From: Bdellovibrionota bacterium
Lineage (GTDB): Bacteria > Bdellovibrionota > UBA1018 > UBA923
NCBI GenBank assembly: GCA_040754655.1
Contig: JBFMCE010000033.1
Coordinates: forward strand, 1-38,719
Length of the DNA: 38,719 nt
Reading direction: 5' to 3'
Shown here: positions 1 through 9,913 of the stretch, in pieces
Numbering within the stretch: the first letter of the stretch is position 1
Layout: each line of letters starts with the position of its first letter
Made by a program: the position numbers and the translations under genes
The notes under the pieces: generated by a model
The model's database searches: none
Seen by the model: only the letters and a program-made list of their open reading frames with translations
What the model was told of the DNA's origin: nothing

Positions 1-282
1 CAACCGGGCTTAAAAGAGATGGTTCTTTATTTATATAAAAATGGAGTGAACATTGGAGGAAAGGCGGCATACACCGCCTCTAGTCGTAAGGATATGGAAT
101 TTGCGATTGAAGAATTAGGCCTTGACGTTCGACGCTACCCTGAACTTCTTGAACACTTTATTAAAGCCGAAGATTTACCAAAACGATCCAGGGCGGCCAT
201 TGTCCGCTATCTCATTAAGAAGGGAATCAAGGTTACTGACCACCATCGTACAATCGCATCGAAATACGATATTTCCCTATAG
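1..282 (+). CDS. C-terminal part of a hypothetical protein, ankyrin-repeat-like (truncated by window edge)
   Basis: Frame is open from base 1 (QPGLKEMVLYLYKNGVNI...) to TAG at 280-282. Two segments resemble ankyrin second helices (MVLYLYKNGVNI, IVRYLIKKGIKV). AT-richer than the neighbouring gene. Confidence 0.5.
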   Translation, partial: QPGLKEMVLYLYKNGVNIGGKAAYTASSRKDMEFAIEELGLDVRRYPELLEHFIKAEDLPKRSRAAIVRYLIKKGIKVTDHHRTIASKYDISL

Positions 283-310
283 CTCCCTACGATCCGCGTC
301 CACCCGCAAA

Positions 311-3300
311 CTAAATGCTGACTTCCGGCGCCGGAGCCTTCCGAGGCCTCTTTGCCCGCTCTTTTGGCTGCGCTTCCACGCGAGCCTCACGGTCTCGCAT
401 CGACCACGCCTGATAAAGCTCATCCTTAGTCTTCAGGCCAAGCTGGGGAAGGGCATGGTTCAAAACGTAATTTGCCGCGCGGTGCTTGTTTTCCCACATC
501 TCTTGATGTGCTTGGGCGGCACCCGTGAACTCGACCACCGCCGGTTCTGAAACATTCAAAAGCCCAGCGTTGATGAAATCATGCATGCGTTGCACTTCGT
601 ACGAATTCGACAAGTGCGTGCCAAGAATGTTCGCAGTGGGCATGTAGATGCGACGTTGCCGCATCCATACCTGAGGAGCATAAAAACTGTACCTCCGTCC
701 GGCCATCTCTTCGCAGTACACCACGCGTCCGGTAAAAGGCTTTACAAGCATCGAACTTAAAGCAAGAGAGTCTTGCCAAGCCCGCTCGACAATCAAGTCA
801 GGATAGCCGCGAGGATTGTCCAAAGTCTTCAGCACCGCTCCGACCTGAACCGCGAAGGGTTTGAAAACATACTCTTGATACCAACGAACGGCCTCTTTGA
901 ATTGCGTCGTTTGGGTCTTGGGATCAGGAAGAGAAGGCATCGTTTGAGGCCAAACGAACTGATCGCCTTCGCGGCGTTTGAGTTCTTCAAGGCTGAAAAC
1001 GCCTCGAACGGTATCTCCATAGCCCATGCTCTTGACGAATTCGCGTTGGCTGTCGGTGAAGGTGCACACGGCGATCCTGGCGCCTTGGTCGCGCGCGGCT
1101 TCGATGCACTCTAGCCCCACCGCGTCGAGTGCGGAGCCTTCTTGGTTGCCGTAGAAAATCAGCGCGCTCTCGCCAGCTGAGACCTGTGCGCGTCTAAGCA
1201 TGCTGGAAGCGTCAGAGCCTCCAGCCTTTCCTATGAAGGTAAAATGATAGCCCGCCGAGGCGCCATAAAAAGTGAGGGTCCCGCCAGTGGCCAACAATTG
1301 GAAGCTTCTTGGAAAAGCGGTGTCTCCCGCATGCGAGATGGAATAATCTGCAAGTCTGCCGTCGTTTTGCTTTTTGAAACTTTCAAGAAAGCCTTCGCCC
1401 GCTTTTTCCCACGCCGCCCACTGTTTGGGATCTTCGGGCACGCGAGTGAAGATCTCTGCGAAACGAGGGTCTTTTCGGTTAAGCGCTCCGACGCCCCCGT
1501 TCTCGCGAACCACTTGAGCCCGGTCGTCCCTTGAAACAAGGCCTGTCACATTCACCTTGTTTCTCGACGCCGCCTTTACGGCCTCTAACCCAGTGCCGGT
1601 TGCAGCACCTTCAACAAAAAGAGTTTTGCCGGGTTCGATCTTTAGCGTCGTGAAAAGCGCGCGGTAGATGGTGCCAAGGTTCAAGATATAGCTTCCAGCC
1701 GCTTCCAGCGTGAGGTCAGCCAGTTTGTGGTGCAACTGCGGCCCTTGAGCGATCATGAATTGCTGGTGCGAACCATCCGGCGTTTCGTAACCTTGAATCG
1801 TTTGTTCCGCAAACATCGGATCAAGTCCAGCCATCGGAGATAGCAACTGTGATTGACCCGCGAAAACCGCTACCAGATCGCCGACCTTCACCCTGCCTTC
1901 TTCTTTGAGCTCTGAGCCTACCGAAGCCACCAAGGCAAGCCCACCGCTTCCGGTGACATGCCAGTCTTCTTCATGATTATCAAAAGGCGATACTGGCACA
2001 CCGGTGATAGCCCAGATGTCGTTGAAGTTGATTTCGCTGGTGAGCATGTAAAGCAGTGCTTCGTTCGGCCTTGGGCTAGCGACCGGGATGATGCGAACCT
2101 TCTCCGCTTCTTGAGGATCTCCATGGTTCGCCCGGCCCGTCACGGCGTCTTTCTCGACCACGCTCGCATATTGATATTTTGGGATTGGGGTGACGCCCGG
2201 ATAAAAAGCGGCTTGCGGTTCGAGCAGTTCGCCTTTGTTCAAGAGCGTTTGTTCATGGGCTCTTGCTTCTTCCAAGGCTTTTCGGCGTTTCACAGGAAGC
2301 GGCTCGCTCTTTTTGTCGAAGAATGCGCGAATGCCGCGTCTACCCGCTTGCGGATGAACCACGGCTTCGGCGAAAAGCTTGGCTTCGCGTTCCAGTCCCT
2401 GACCCAATCCGTTCTCATAGCCAAAACGCATGGCCTCAAGCGCCCATTGCGCAGGCATGGTCCTACCTGAGCTTTCTGCTTGCACGAGAAGGCGTCTGAT
2501 TTCAGCGTGGTTGTCGAAGACCTCACTGGGAAAACGTTTTCCGTTTTGCCAGTCTTCCATGAGGCGAAGCCTCTCGTCATGAGCTTCGGCTAGAGGTCCT
2601 GACTGTTTCAAGATGAATTGTCTGGCAAGTTCAGTCGCGCGAGAAAGCACATCGGTTTCATAGGTCACCTCATCGATGAGGCCCAGCTCTTTGGCTTCTT
2701 CGGCACCAACAGAACGGCCACCCAAGATGATCGAGGTCGCCTCGATCAAACCTTCCACGCCAAGCTTCGCTTCAAGAAGGCGTGGAAGCCTTTGGGTGCC
2801 GCCGTAACCGGGGATCAAATTCAAGTTGATTTCGGGTTGGCCAAACTTTGAGGTGGGTTCAGCGATGCGATAGTGCGCCGCCATTTGAAATTCATTGCCT
2901 CCGCCTAAAGCAAGGCCGTTGATAGCGGCGATCACCGGCTTGTTCAAGGTCTCAAGCCTTCGCGTCACCTGCGCCGCTTTGTTTGAAAGAGGAAGCACGT
3001 CTTCAGCAGAGTGCATTTCCTCCAAGAACTGGCGGATGTCTGCGCCGGCGACAAACGATTTCGTCCCCGCTCCCGTGAGGATGATCGCCTTGATGTCAGC
3101 ACGCCTGCCAAGGTGTTCGACCACGGTGTTGAGCTCATCGAGAGCTCTCTCGTCGAGCGCGTTCACCGGGGGTTTTGAGATCGTCAGGATCGCGATCTTC
3201 GCCAGGGGTTTTACGTCGTGGTATTCGACGCGCAAAGTGGATTCGATTTGAAGGATCTGTTGGTCATCTTCAAGGCGCATTTTGGACTGCCATGATCGAA

Positions 3301-5812
3301 TTCCACGTTCGATTTCGGCCAGAGATTCAGGATTTCTCAGAGTCGTTGTATCGCCAAGCGCTTCTCCTTCGAGCATGTTCTTTAAAAAACGGCGCATGTA
3401 CTTTCCGCTTCTCGTCTCTGGAAATTGGCTTACACAGATGAAACCCGCAGGAATCGCCACAGCGCCTTTTTCTTCCCGTACCAGTTGGCTTAATCTCCGC
3501 TCGTCTTCGAGTGAAAGCTTCCTTCCTTTTTGAGTGAGGATGAAGGCCACGGGAACCGTGCCTTTCTCTTTGTGAGGAGCGCCTATGACAATCGCATTGC
3601 CCACTGGGCTTTTTGGATTGATCTGTTTGTCTTTGAGCAAGGCCCCTTCAATCTCTTCCGTCCCAATGCGGTGGCCCGAAGTATTGATCACGTCGTCAGA
3701 TCTGCCGTGCAGGCTAAAGCTCTGGTCTTCGTACCGGCAAGCAAAGTCGCCTTGGGTGTAGGCCCATTCGATTTCTTTGCCTTCCGTCCCGGGTTTCGAC
3801 CAGCGGTCAAAATAGATCTGAGAAAATCGCGCAAGGTCTCCTTTCCAAGTGGGGCTTCCGACGTTCTCGCCATCTCCCCAGACGGTACGAGCAAGGTATG
3901 GATAGGGATGAGTAATGACGATCTCGCCTTTTTCGCCCTCAACAGCCCGCCGGTATTCTGATCGAAGGCGCCCTTCGACTTCAAAAGTTTTTTCGGCCAC
4001 CCAAATGTCGGTGGCGACCCAAGGAAGTGAGAACGTATGGGCGTCGGCTTTGAGTTTGAAATCCTGGTTGCCGTAGAAATGGGTGAGCACGATGCCTCCG
4101 TGCTCTGTGGCCCAATAAGAATTGATGTATTGAGGAGTGAGCAATTCCATGCCGAACTCTTGAATCGCTGGGCTCGTGGGTTCGGCGCAAAACGTGGCGA
4201 CCTTTAGCGAAGAACGGTCGTACCGTTTCACGTCCGCGACGTTTTCCGGGTCTGAAGCGACCGCTTTCAAAAAGGTAGAGCCCGCTTTGAAGATATTGAC
4301 CTTGTGTCGCTCGATGATGCTCGAGAATCTTCCGGAATGAGGAAAGAGCGGAGATCCCTCGGTCACGATGCTGGTGGTTCGGGTCGTCAATGCGGCGCTG
4401 ATCAAATAAGATTGCCCGGTGATCCAGCCTGGGTCTGCCACGACGTACATCACGTCGCCGCCTTCGGGTGAAACGTCAAATGAGATGCGCATCGTGTGGG
4501 CGATGCCCGCGACGTAACCGCCGTGGGTATGGACCACACCCTTGGGTTTACCGGTGCTGCCGCTGGTGTAAATGATGAAGAGAGGAAATTCAGCGTCAAC
4601 GATCTCTGGACGCGAGGTCGCATAGACCGCTCGAATGAAATCGCTATCCGAGAGCGAAAGGATTTCTGCTTCGGTCGACACTGAAAAACCTGAGGCTTTG
4701 GCATTGGCCAAAAGCTTTTGCGTGGCTTTTTCCAAGAGCTCATGAGCCCAGCGATCGCGAGAGGCATGCCAAGAGAGCTCAGGAGTTTGGGTGTGCTTCA
4801 CGACAACCACCGCCTCTACGCGGGCAGGAGAGCGTACAAGCGCTTCCGCGATCGCAGTCCGGGTGCGAGACTTCATGGCAGCGTCCCAATGAGAAAGTTT
4901 TTCAAGCGCGTTTCCAACCCCGCGCATCACATCCGAGCGTTCCACGGTGATTTCACCTTCGATCGCTTGAGACGCCATGTCTTGAATGAGAGAAGCGCTC
5001 GTGGCGTCTACGGAAGACATTTGATTCAAGGTTTCGCGGATGATTTGAAGCGCTGCTGCTGCGGGAACGTAATCTTCAAGAGCGCGGTCAGTATAGACTT
5101 CCTTGAAACCCACGACTTGGGCGTTTCTGTAAGCGCCATCGGTCGTGATCACGACTTTTGCGCCCGAATCATGGATGCGATCGGAAAGAGTCTTGGCGCT
5201 AAAGCCGCCGAACACCGGCGTGTAGATCACGCCAAGGCGTTTGGACGCTTCTATGAAATAAATTTGCTCGAGGATATTGGGCATGTTGAGGGCGATTCGG
5301 TCGCCTTTTTTCAAGCCAAGGTCTTGAAGAACTCCGGCTGCTTTTGCCACTTCCCAGAGCAGCTGTTTTCTGCTGATCTTTTTTTGCACGACGGGTCCGC
5401 CGCGGCCATTCTCTAGGGAGGAATCCCATCGGTCGCCTTCAAAGATGAAAGCGATTTCATCGCCATGGCCCGCCATCACATGTACATCGACTTCATTGAA
5501 ACACGCATTGGTGAGGCCACCTTCGAACCAGCGGTAAAACGGAGGTTCGTCGCCATTGAAGGCGCGCTCCCAAGGTTCAAAGTCGGAATTGAGTGCAAGG
5601 TTCAAGTTTGCCGCGCCGGTTCTCGCGTCAAATCCCATCCAGGGACGCGGACCATCGGTGCGTCTAGCCCAGGTAGAGAGTTCAGGCAGGTACCAGTGAA
5701 TTTCGCGCTTGGCGATCTCTCCATGAAAGCGACCTGGATCGTTGAGAAAAGCCTCGCGTTGAGCCTGCCAATCTTTCTTGTTTCGAATGGTGTTCGCTTT
5801 GATCGTGGTCAT
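311..5812 (-). CDS. pcs: Trifunctional propionyl-CoA synthase (3-hydroxypropionyl-CoA ligase / dehydratase / acryloyl-CoA reductase)
   Basis: 1833 aa. N-terminal Acs-type ligase (YTSGSTGKPKG, SYWATEHGG, QGD, GRSDD, PETRSGKYMRR); central crotonase domain (FVAGADI, GGGNEF, FGQPEINL, PGYGGTQRLPR); C-terminal MDR/enoyl-CoA reductase (SEINFNDIW, QGYETPDG, EGAATGTG, VWMRQRRI, GTHLSN). Architecture and size match known Pcs. GGAGA RBS in the 13-nt gap after mcr. Confidence 0.95.
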   Translation of the reverse strand: MTTIKANTIRNKKDWQAQREAFLNDPGRFHGEIAKREIHWYLPELSTWARRTDGPRPWMGFDARTGAANLNLALNSDFEPWERAFNGDEPPFYRWFEGGLTNACFNEVDVHVMAGHGDEIAFIFEGDRWDSSLENGRGGPVVQKKISRKQLLWEVAKAAGVLQDLGLKKGDRIALNMPNILEQIYFIEASKRLGVIYTPVFGGFSAKTLSDRIHDSGAKVVITTDGAYRNAQVVGFKEVYTDRALEDYVPAAAALQIIRETLNQMSSVDATSASLIQDMASQAIEGEITVERSDVMRGVGNALEKLSHWDAAMKSRTRTAIAEALVRSPARVEAVVVVKHTQTPELSWHASRDRWAHELLEKATQKLLANAKASGFSVSTEAEILSLSDSDFIRAVYATSRPEIVDAEFPLFIIYTSGSTGKPKGVVHTHGGYVAGIAHTMRISFDVSPEGGDVMYVVADPGWITGQSYLISAALTTRTTSIVTEGSPLFPHSGRFSSIIERHKVNIFKAGSTFLKAVASDPENVADVKRYDRSSLKVATFCAEPTSPAIQEFGMELLTPQYINSYWATEHGGIVLTHFYGNQDFKLKADAHTFSLPWVATDIWVAEKTFEVEGRLRSEYRRAVEGEKGEIVITHPYPYLARTVWGDGENVGSPTWKGDLARFSQIYFDRWSKPGTEGKEIEWAYTQGDFACRYEDQSFSLHGRSDDVINTSGHRIGTEEIEGALLKDKQINPKSPVGNAIVIGAPHKEKGTVPVAFILTQKGRKLSLEDERRLSQLVREEKGAVAIPAGFICVSQFPETRSGKYMRRFLKNMLEGEALGDTTTLRNPESLAEIERGIRSWQSKMRLEDDQQILQIESTLRVEYHDVKPLAKIAILTISKPPVNALDERALDELNTVVEHLGRRADIKAIILTGAGTKSFVAGADIRQFLEEMHSAEDVLPLSNKAAQVTRRLETLNKPVIAAINGLALGGGNEFQMAAHYRIAEPTSKFGQPEINLNLIPGYGGTQRLPRLLEAKLGVEGLIEATSIILGGRSVGAEEAKELGLIDEVTYETDVLSRATELARQFILKQSGPLAEAHDERLRLMEDWQNGKRFPSEVFDNHAEIRRLLVQAESSGRTMPAQWALEAMRFGYENGLGQGLEREAKLFAEAVVHPQAGRRGIRAFFDKKSEPLPVKRRKALEEARAHEQTLLNKGELLEPQAAFYPGVTPIPKYQYASVVEKDAVTGRANHGDPQEAEKVRIIPVASPRPNEALLYMLTSEINFNDIWAITGVPVSPFDNHEEDWHVTGSGGLALVASVGSELKEEGRVKVGDLVAVFAGQSQLLSPMAGLDPMFAEQTIQGYETPDGSHQQFMIAQGPQLHHKLADLTLEAAGSYILNLGTIYRALFTTLKIEPGKTLFVEGAATGTGLEAVKAASRNKVNVTGLVSRDDRAQVVRENGGVGALNRKDPRFAEIFTRVPEDPKQWAAWEKAGEGFLESFKKQNDGRLADYSISHAGDTAFPRSFQLLATGGTLTFYGASAGYHFTFIGKAGGSDASSMLRRAQVSAGESALIFYGNQEGSALDAVGLECIEAARDQGARIAVCTFTDSQREFVKSMGYGDTVRGVFSLEELKRREGDQFVWPQTMPSLPDPKTQTTQFKEAVRWYQEYVFKPFAVQVGAVLKTLDNPRGYPDLIVERAWQDSLALSSMLVKPFTGRVVYCEEMAGRRYSFYAPQVWMRQRRIYMPTANILGTHLSNSYEVQRMHDFINAGLLNVSEPAVVEFTGAAQAHQEMWENKHRAANYVLNHALPQLGLKTKDELYQAWSMRDREARVEAQPKERAKRPRKAPAPEVSI

Positions 5813-5825
5813 CGGTTTCTCTCCA

Positions 5826-8800
5826 TTAAACGGTAATGGTGGTGCCTGTGTAGGTTTTCGTTGCCTCGTCCTTGCCTTCGGTCAAAGGCGGAGGCAAAGA
5901 CATCATCAAAATCGCTTCGATGAAGCGTTGCGTCACAGCTTCGGAGTCGCGTGGCAGAGTAGAGTCAATTTGATTGAAAAAAGGCTTGTGGATCAACCTT
6001 CCGCCTTCTTGTCCCGCCGTGACTGTGAGCGGTCTTAAGGTCGTTCTGACGAAATTCGCGAAAGCATGGGTCTGGGAAGCCGCGGCCTTCTCAAGCCTCG
6101 GGGTTACAAAGATGATGCGGCATCGGTCGATGGTGGAAGCGCGTTTCCCGACGATCAGGTGGTGGGTGATCTGCTGCTCGACGAGTCGCTCAAATTGCGA
6201 AATCGAAGGAAGCGTTTCCCAGCTTGCGCGGCCTTGCGGCACGAGATTTTCAATCGCGCCCATCGGAAAACTCACGACGACATCAGGATTGCCAAACTGG
6301 GCGATCATCTTGTCAAGTGTCCGGTCGATCGCATGAGACTTTTCGGCAGCGATGTGAACGTGGGGTGTTGTGAGCCCGATTTGCCCCAAGTGCTTGCGCA
6401 CTTGTTCCGCTCCGGCATCCGACGCTGTGACCACCACCACCTGCCTAAGCGCAGCTCCGGCGCTCTGCACGCGTTCAACGTAAGAGGCCGCAAGGGCCGC
6501 CATTTCAGGGAACATCGCGTCGCCCACAATAAAAACAGTTTGACCATTCAGCTCTGAGAGCAACTCAGGATGGGTGCGCCCCACGAAATCACCGCTCATG
6601 ATCAGGCGTTCAAGCGTAAGCCCGCAAGAAGGGTGTAGGGTTTCTCCCGTGACGTTCTTGTTCGCGAGATAGAAAACCATTTCCCTGGCGACGTCATTTT
6701 CGGAAGGCATGCGTTGCAGGGCAAGCGTGCTTAAAACGCTGTTTCTGATCTTCGTGGCATCCGCTTCGATCTGAGAACGAGGGAAGAACGGCTCGGGCGC
6801 ATCCTGAAAGCGCGCTAGAAAGCGCCCTTCGGAAAAGGCCACGGGCAGGAACTTGCCAAGCTTAAGGCGCTCTAGCAGTCGTTCAGCAAGCAGGCGGGTC
6901 AAGACATGGGTGTTCGCCCCGCAGTCTTCTTTATAAGGTTTTTCCGTCAAGCCGCGGGCAAGCAAAATCAAGGGCTCAGAAGCGTGGCCAGCCTCAAGAA
7001 TCGTTTGCATGCGATTGGTCTCAAGTAGAGCAAGGCTCGCGGCGAGATCGCCTTCGCGGCGGAAGAGCGTCACCAACGCGCTGTAAACCAAGTTCATCCT
7101 CTTGTTCTCAAGAATGAGTTTTGCCCTGCGAGCGTACAGGCCGGGGCGATTCGCGTTTCCCCGCAGGCGCACGCCATCGACCGGACCAGGCGCTACGGCG
7201 TTGATCTGCACATCCGGCCCCAGGAACGTCGAGAGGCTTTCTGCAAGCGCTCGTTGCCCCGCTTTTGAAACGGCGTAGTCCGAGCGGTTGGGGTAGGGCA
7301 CGGTTGCGTGTCTTACCCCGCCAAAGTGAGAGCTGACGTTGAGGATGTGACCGTTTTTCTGGCGCTTCATGAACGGCAGCGCCCTTGCCATCAAGTCATA
7401 GTTTGAAATGAGATTGGCCATGAGCGTGTGACTCCATCCGCCAAGAGGCATGTCGACGACCATCTGCTCAACGCCTGCGATTCCCGCGTTGTTGATGAGG
7501 TAATCGATGCGGCCAAATCTTGCGATGGTCTGCTCGACCATGGTCTCAACGGCTTTGGGATCGGCAACATCGCAATCCGGAATGATCAAAACACGTGATT
7601 CGGGTTCTGAGTATCCGGCGATCTTGAGCTCTTCGATGATCGTTTGCCTGGCTTTTTCTAGCTTCTCAAGCTGACGCGCGGCGAGCGCTACTCGAGCGCC
7701 ACTCAAGGCCAAGAGCCTTGCCGCTTCTCCTCCGATGCCCTCAGATCCGCCAGTGATGAGAGCCACCTTTCGCAGGTGCAAGCCGCGAAGGGCCTGTCTT
7801 TCCCAATTCAATGCGACCCGGCTTTGAATCGAGCCCGCAAGCATCGGGGCAAGCGAGATATCAATCGCTCTTATTTGGCGCAAGCCGTTTGAAAGCGAGA
7901 CTGCCCATTCGCACGTGAGATCCAGGTTGATGGCGTCTTCGTTTTCAGAGCGCACGAGTTGGTTGATGCGAATAAGCCGAGTGCGGCGTCCCGCCTTGAC
8001 CATCGTCGTGTTTTCATGCCGCCAAACCCGGATGAGCTGTTGAATAGCGCTTCTGCGAAGCGCGCCGAACGCGCTTGCATTCTTTGACGAGGAGTTGCCA
8101 ACGAAAATGACCACGGGATCCGCGGTAAGCCTTTTGTCGGCGGCATTGAAAATCTGGTCAAGCCTCTGCGCCACGGCGATGGCGCCAAAAATCTCGCGGT
8201 CGAAAAACTCTTGAACCAACGCGCTGGTTGCCTCGATCGTCGAGGTTGCGAAGTGATCTGCGCCAAAGGCCGGCAGCACGATCGTCGAGTGGGGCAGCCT
8301 GTTCTTGAAATACAAGGTCGTATCCGCGCGTTGCCAGTGGCCAGGGTTGAGGGGGTCGAGAAGATCGAGCGTGAAACCAGGTTGGTGTTCAAAACGTTGG
8401 CGTGCGAGCTCGAGGGCTTTTTCATCACGAAAGGTGAGGTAAACATCTGCTCCCATTTCATGGTGCCGCGAAGCCAGTTCACAAGCATCTTCGGTTTGAT
8501 CGCCCGCGATGATCCAAACAAGCTTGCCCTCGAGGTCGACAACGCGCAGGTTAGGCCTCGAAATCACTTGGGTGTAAGAATCTTTCGGAAGTTGCAGGCC
8601 ATGGGTGACTTGAAAGTCGTGGCCTGAAAAACTAGTGCTTTCATCCGCACCTAAAAACACGATCGTCTCCGCGACCTCGGCCTTGCTCAGGTAATTCGAG
8701 CCGGTGGGCGACTCCTTGAGCAGCATCTGATCAAGGATCTCTTGAGAGGTGGTGCCGGGTTCCACTCCTTTGAGTTTATCCATCGTGGCAAAAACGCTGT

Positions 8801-9470
8801 GAATGCGCTCACTCTCGACAGGCCCCGGATAGACCGTATTCACTCGGATGCCCCGCGGATCTTTTCCCAGTTCCGCTGCCATGCTTCGAGTCAGCGCATT
8901 GAGCGCGGCTTTTGGCACTACGTAGGCGATTCGACCGTAATAATTCATCCTTGAAAAGATGGTCGAGACGTTGATGATGCTTGAGCCTTTGGAAAAGTAA
9001 GGAAGAAACGCTTGGGTCGTGAACCATGCTGTGCCGAGCAAGGAACCGATGGCCTGTGAGAGGGTCTCACTGTCTTGCGCGCCCGTGGCCCGCAGTCTCT
9101 CGAGATCTTCAGAGGTGAGCGGGATATTCGAGAGCTCTTGGCGCGGCCCAGCCGAGCCCGCGTTGTTGATCAGGATGTTGACGGGGCCGAACTCGCTATG
9201 AATTTCTTTTGCCGCATTTTCGAGCGCTTGAGTGTCTGAGCCATCAACGGATTTGATGTGGATGCGCTGAGCGCAGTCGGCGCCTTCAGAGGCGAGCGCT
9301 GTTTTCAGGCTTTCCTGCGCCGTTTTGAGTTTTTCTAAAGACCGCCCGGTGAGAACGACGTTCGCACCTTCTTCAAGATATCGTTTTGCGATCGTCTGGC
9401 CGATCCCCCCGGCTCCACCAGTGAGTACTGCTGTCTTTCCCGCAAGCCTTCTGGCCCTAAGGTTCTGCAT
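5826..9470 (-). CDS. mcr: Bifunctional malonyl-CoA reductase (tandem SDR; malonyl-CoA to 3-hydroxypropionate)
   Basis: 1214 aa with two active SDR modules: TGGAGGIG...NNAG...STIFSRMNYYGRIAYVVPKAA...PGPVESERI and GLHLRKVALITGGSEGIG...NNAGIAGVEQMVVDMP...YPNRSDYAVSKAGQRA...RRAKLILENKR. These follow the Chloroflexus-type Mcr sequence as I recall it. GGAGG RBS upstream; directly upstream of pcs. Confidence 0.94.
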   Translation of the reverse strand: MQNLRARRLAGKTAVLTGGAGGIGQTIAKRYLEEGANVVLTGRSLEKLKTAQESLKTALASEGADCAQRIHIKSVDGSDTQALENAAKEIHSEFGPVNILINNAGSAGPRQELSNIPLTSEDLERLRATGAQDSETLSQAIGSLLGTAWFTTQAFLPYFSKGSSIINVSTIFSRMNYYGRIAYVVPKAALNALTRSMAAELGKDPRGIRVNTVYPGPVESERIHSVFATMDKLKGVEPGTTSQEILDQMLLKESPTGSNYLSKAEVAETIVFLGADESTSFSGHDFQVTHGLQLPKDSYTQVISRPNLRVVDLEGKLVWIIAGDQTEDACELASRHHEMGADVYLTFRDEKALELARQRFEHQPGFTLDLLDPLNPGHWQRADTTLYFKNRLPHSTIVLPAFGADHFATSTIEATSALVQEFFDREIFGAIAVAQRLDQIFNAADKRLTADPVVIFVGNSSSKNASAFGALRRSAIQQLIRVWRHENTTMVKAGRRTRLIRINQLVRSENEDAINLDLTCEWAVSLSNGLRQIRAIDISLAPMLAGSIQSRVALNWERQALRGLHLRKVALITGGSEGIGGEAARLLALSGARVALAARQLEKLEKARQTIIEELKIAGYSEPESRVLIIPDCDVADPKAVETMVEQTIARFGRIDYLINNAGIAGVEQMVVDMPLGGWSHTLMANLISNYDLMARALPFMKRQKNGHILNVSSHFGGVRHATVPYPNRSDYAVSKAGQRALAESLSTFLGPDVQINAVAPGPVDGVRLRGNANRPGLYARRAKLILENKRMNLVYSALVTLFRREGDLAASLALLETNRMQTILEAGHASEPLILLARGLTEKPYKEDCGANTHVLTRLLAERLLERLKLGKFLPVAFSEGRFLARFQDAPEPFFPRSQIEADATKIRNSVLSTLALQRMPSENDVAREMVFYLANKNVTGETLHPSCGLTLERLIMSGDFVGRTHPELLSELNGQTVFIVGDAMFPEMAALAASYVERVQSAGAALRQVVVVTASDAGAEQVRKHLGQIGLTTPHVHIAAEKSHAIDRTLDKMIAQFGNPDVVVSFPMGAIENLVPQGRASWETLPSISQFERLVEQQITHHLIVGKRASTIDRCRIIFVTPRLEKAAASQTHAFANFVRTTLRPLTVTAGQEGGRLIHKPFFNQIDSTLPRDSEAVTQRFIEAILMMSLPPPLTEGKDEATKTYTGTTITV

Positions 9471-9594
9471 AGCTGCCTCCCTGCTCTCAAGGGTAAAACT
9501 AAAAAAGATTGGGAGAAAAGACCAACGTTTTGTTTGAAGGAATCACTTTTTATGAAGAAAGCGGGCTTTGTCTTGGCTTGACGAAAAAGAGGTT

Positions 9595-9903
9595 TTACCG
9601 GGGAGTTCGCCCACTCGGCACGCCATTTCCATTCGGCTTTAGCCAAGGCTGAAATGTGCCGGTGCCTGCAGGAATCACTTTTCGAAGATAGTCGGGGTGC
9701 GGCAACCCTCCTACTTTTTCCTGCACATCCAAGAAATAAGAGAGTGCCATGATGATCTGGTGGTTGAGAGATCGAAACTCGCGCTCACTCAATTCTTTGA
9801 GTTGACCGTGCACGGATTTTGGAATGCGCAACGTCAAAGGGACGAGATCATTCTCGAGGTTGTTGTTCATTTGATTACGGACTGACGGCTTATCCTGCGG
9901 CAT
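9595..9903 (-). CDS. Arc-family ribbon-helix-helix DNA-binding protein
   Basis: LTLRIPKSVHGQLKELSEREFRSLNHQIIMAL fits the Arc pattern (LRxP...L...RSLN.EI...L). Alternative start ATG at 9870. Co-oriented, 124 nt upstream of mcr. Confidence 0.8.
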   Translation of the reverse strand: MPQDKPSVRNQMNNNLENDLVPLTLRIPKSVHGQLKELSEREFRSLNHQIIMALSYFLDVQEKVGGLPHPDYLRKVIPAGTGTFQPWLKPNGNGVPSGRTPR

Positions 9904-9913
9904 GTTAATACTC

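Noticed and set aside
311..9470. Claim that the organism is an autotroph using the full 3-HP bi-cycle
   Set aside because: Only mcr and pcs are visible. The carboxylases and glyoxylate-assimilation enzymes are not in the window, and partial pathways are known.
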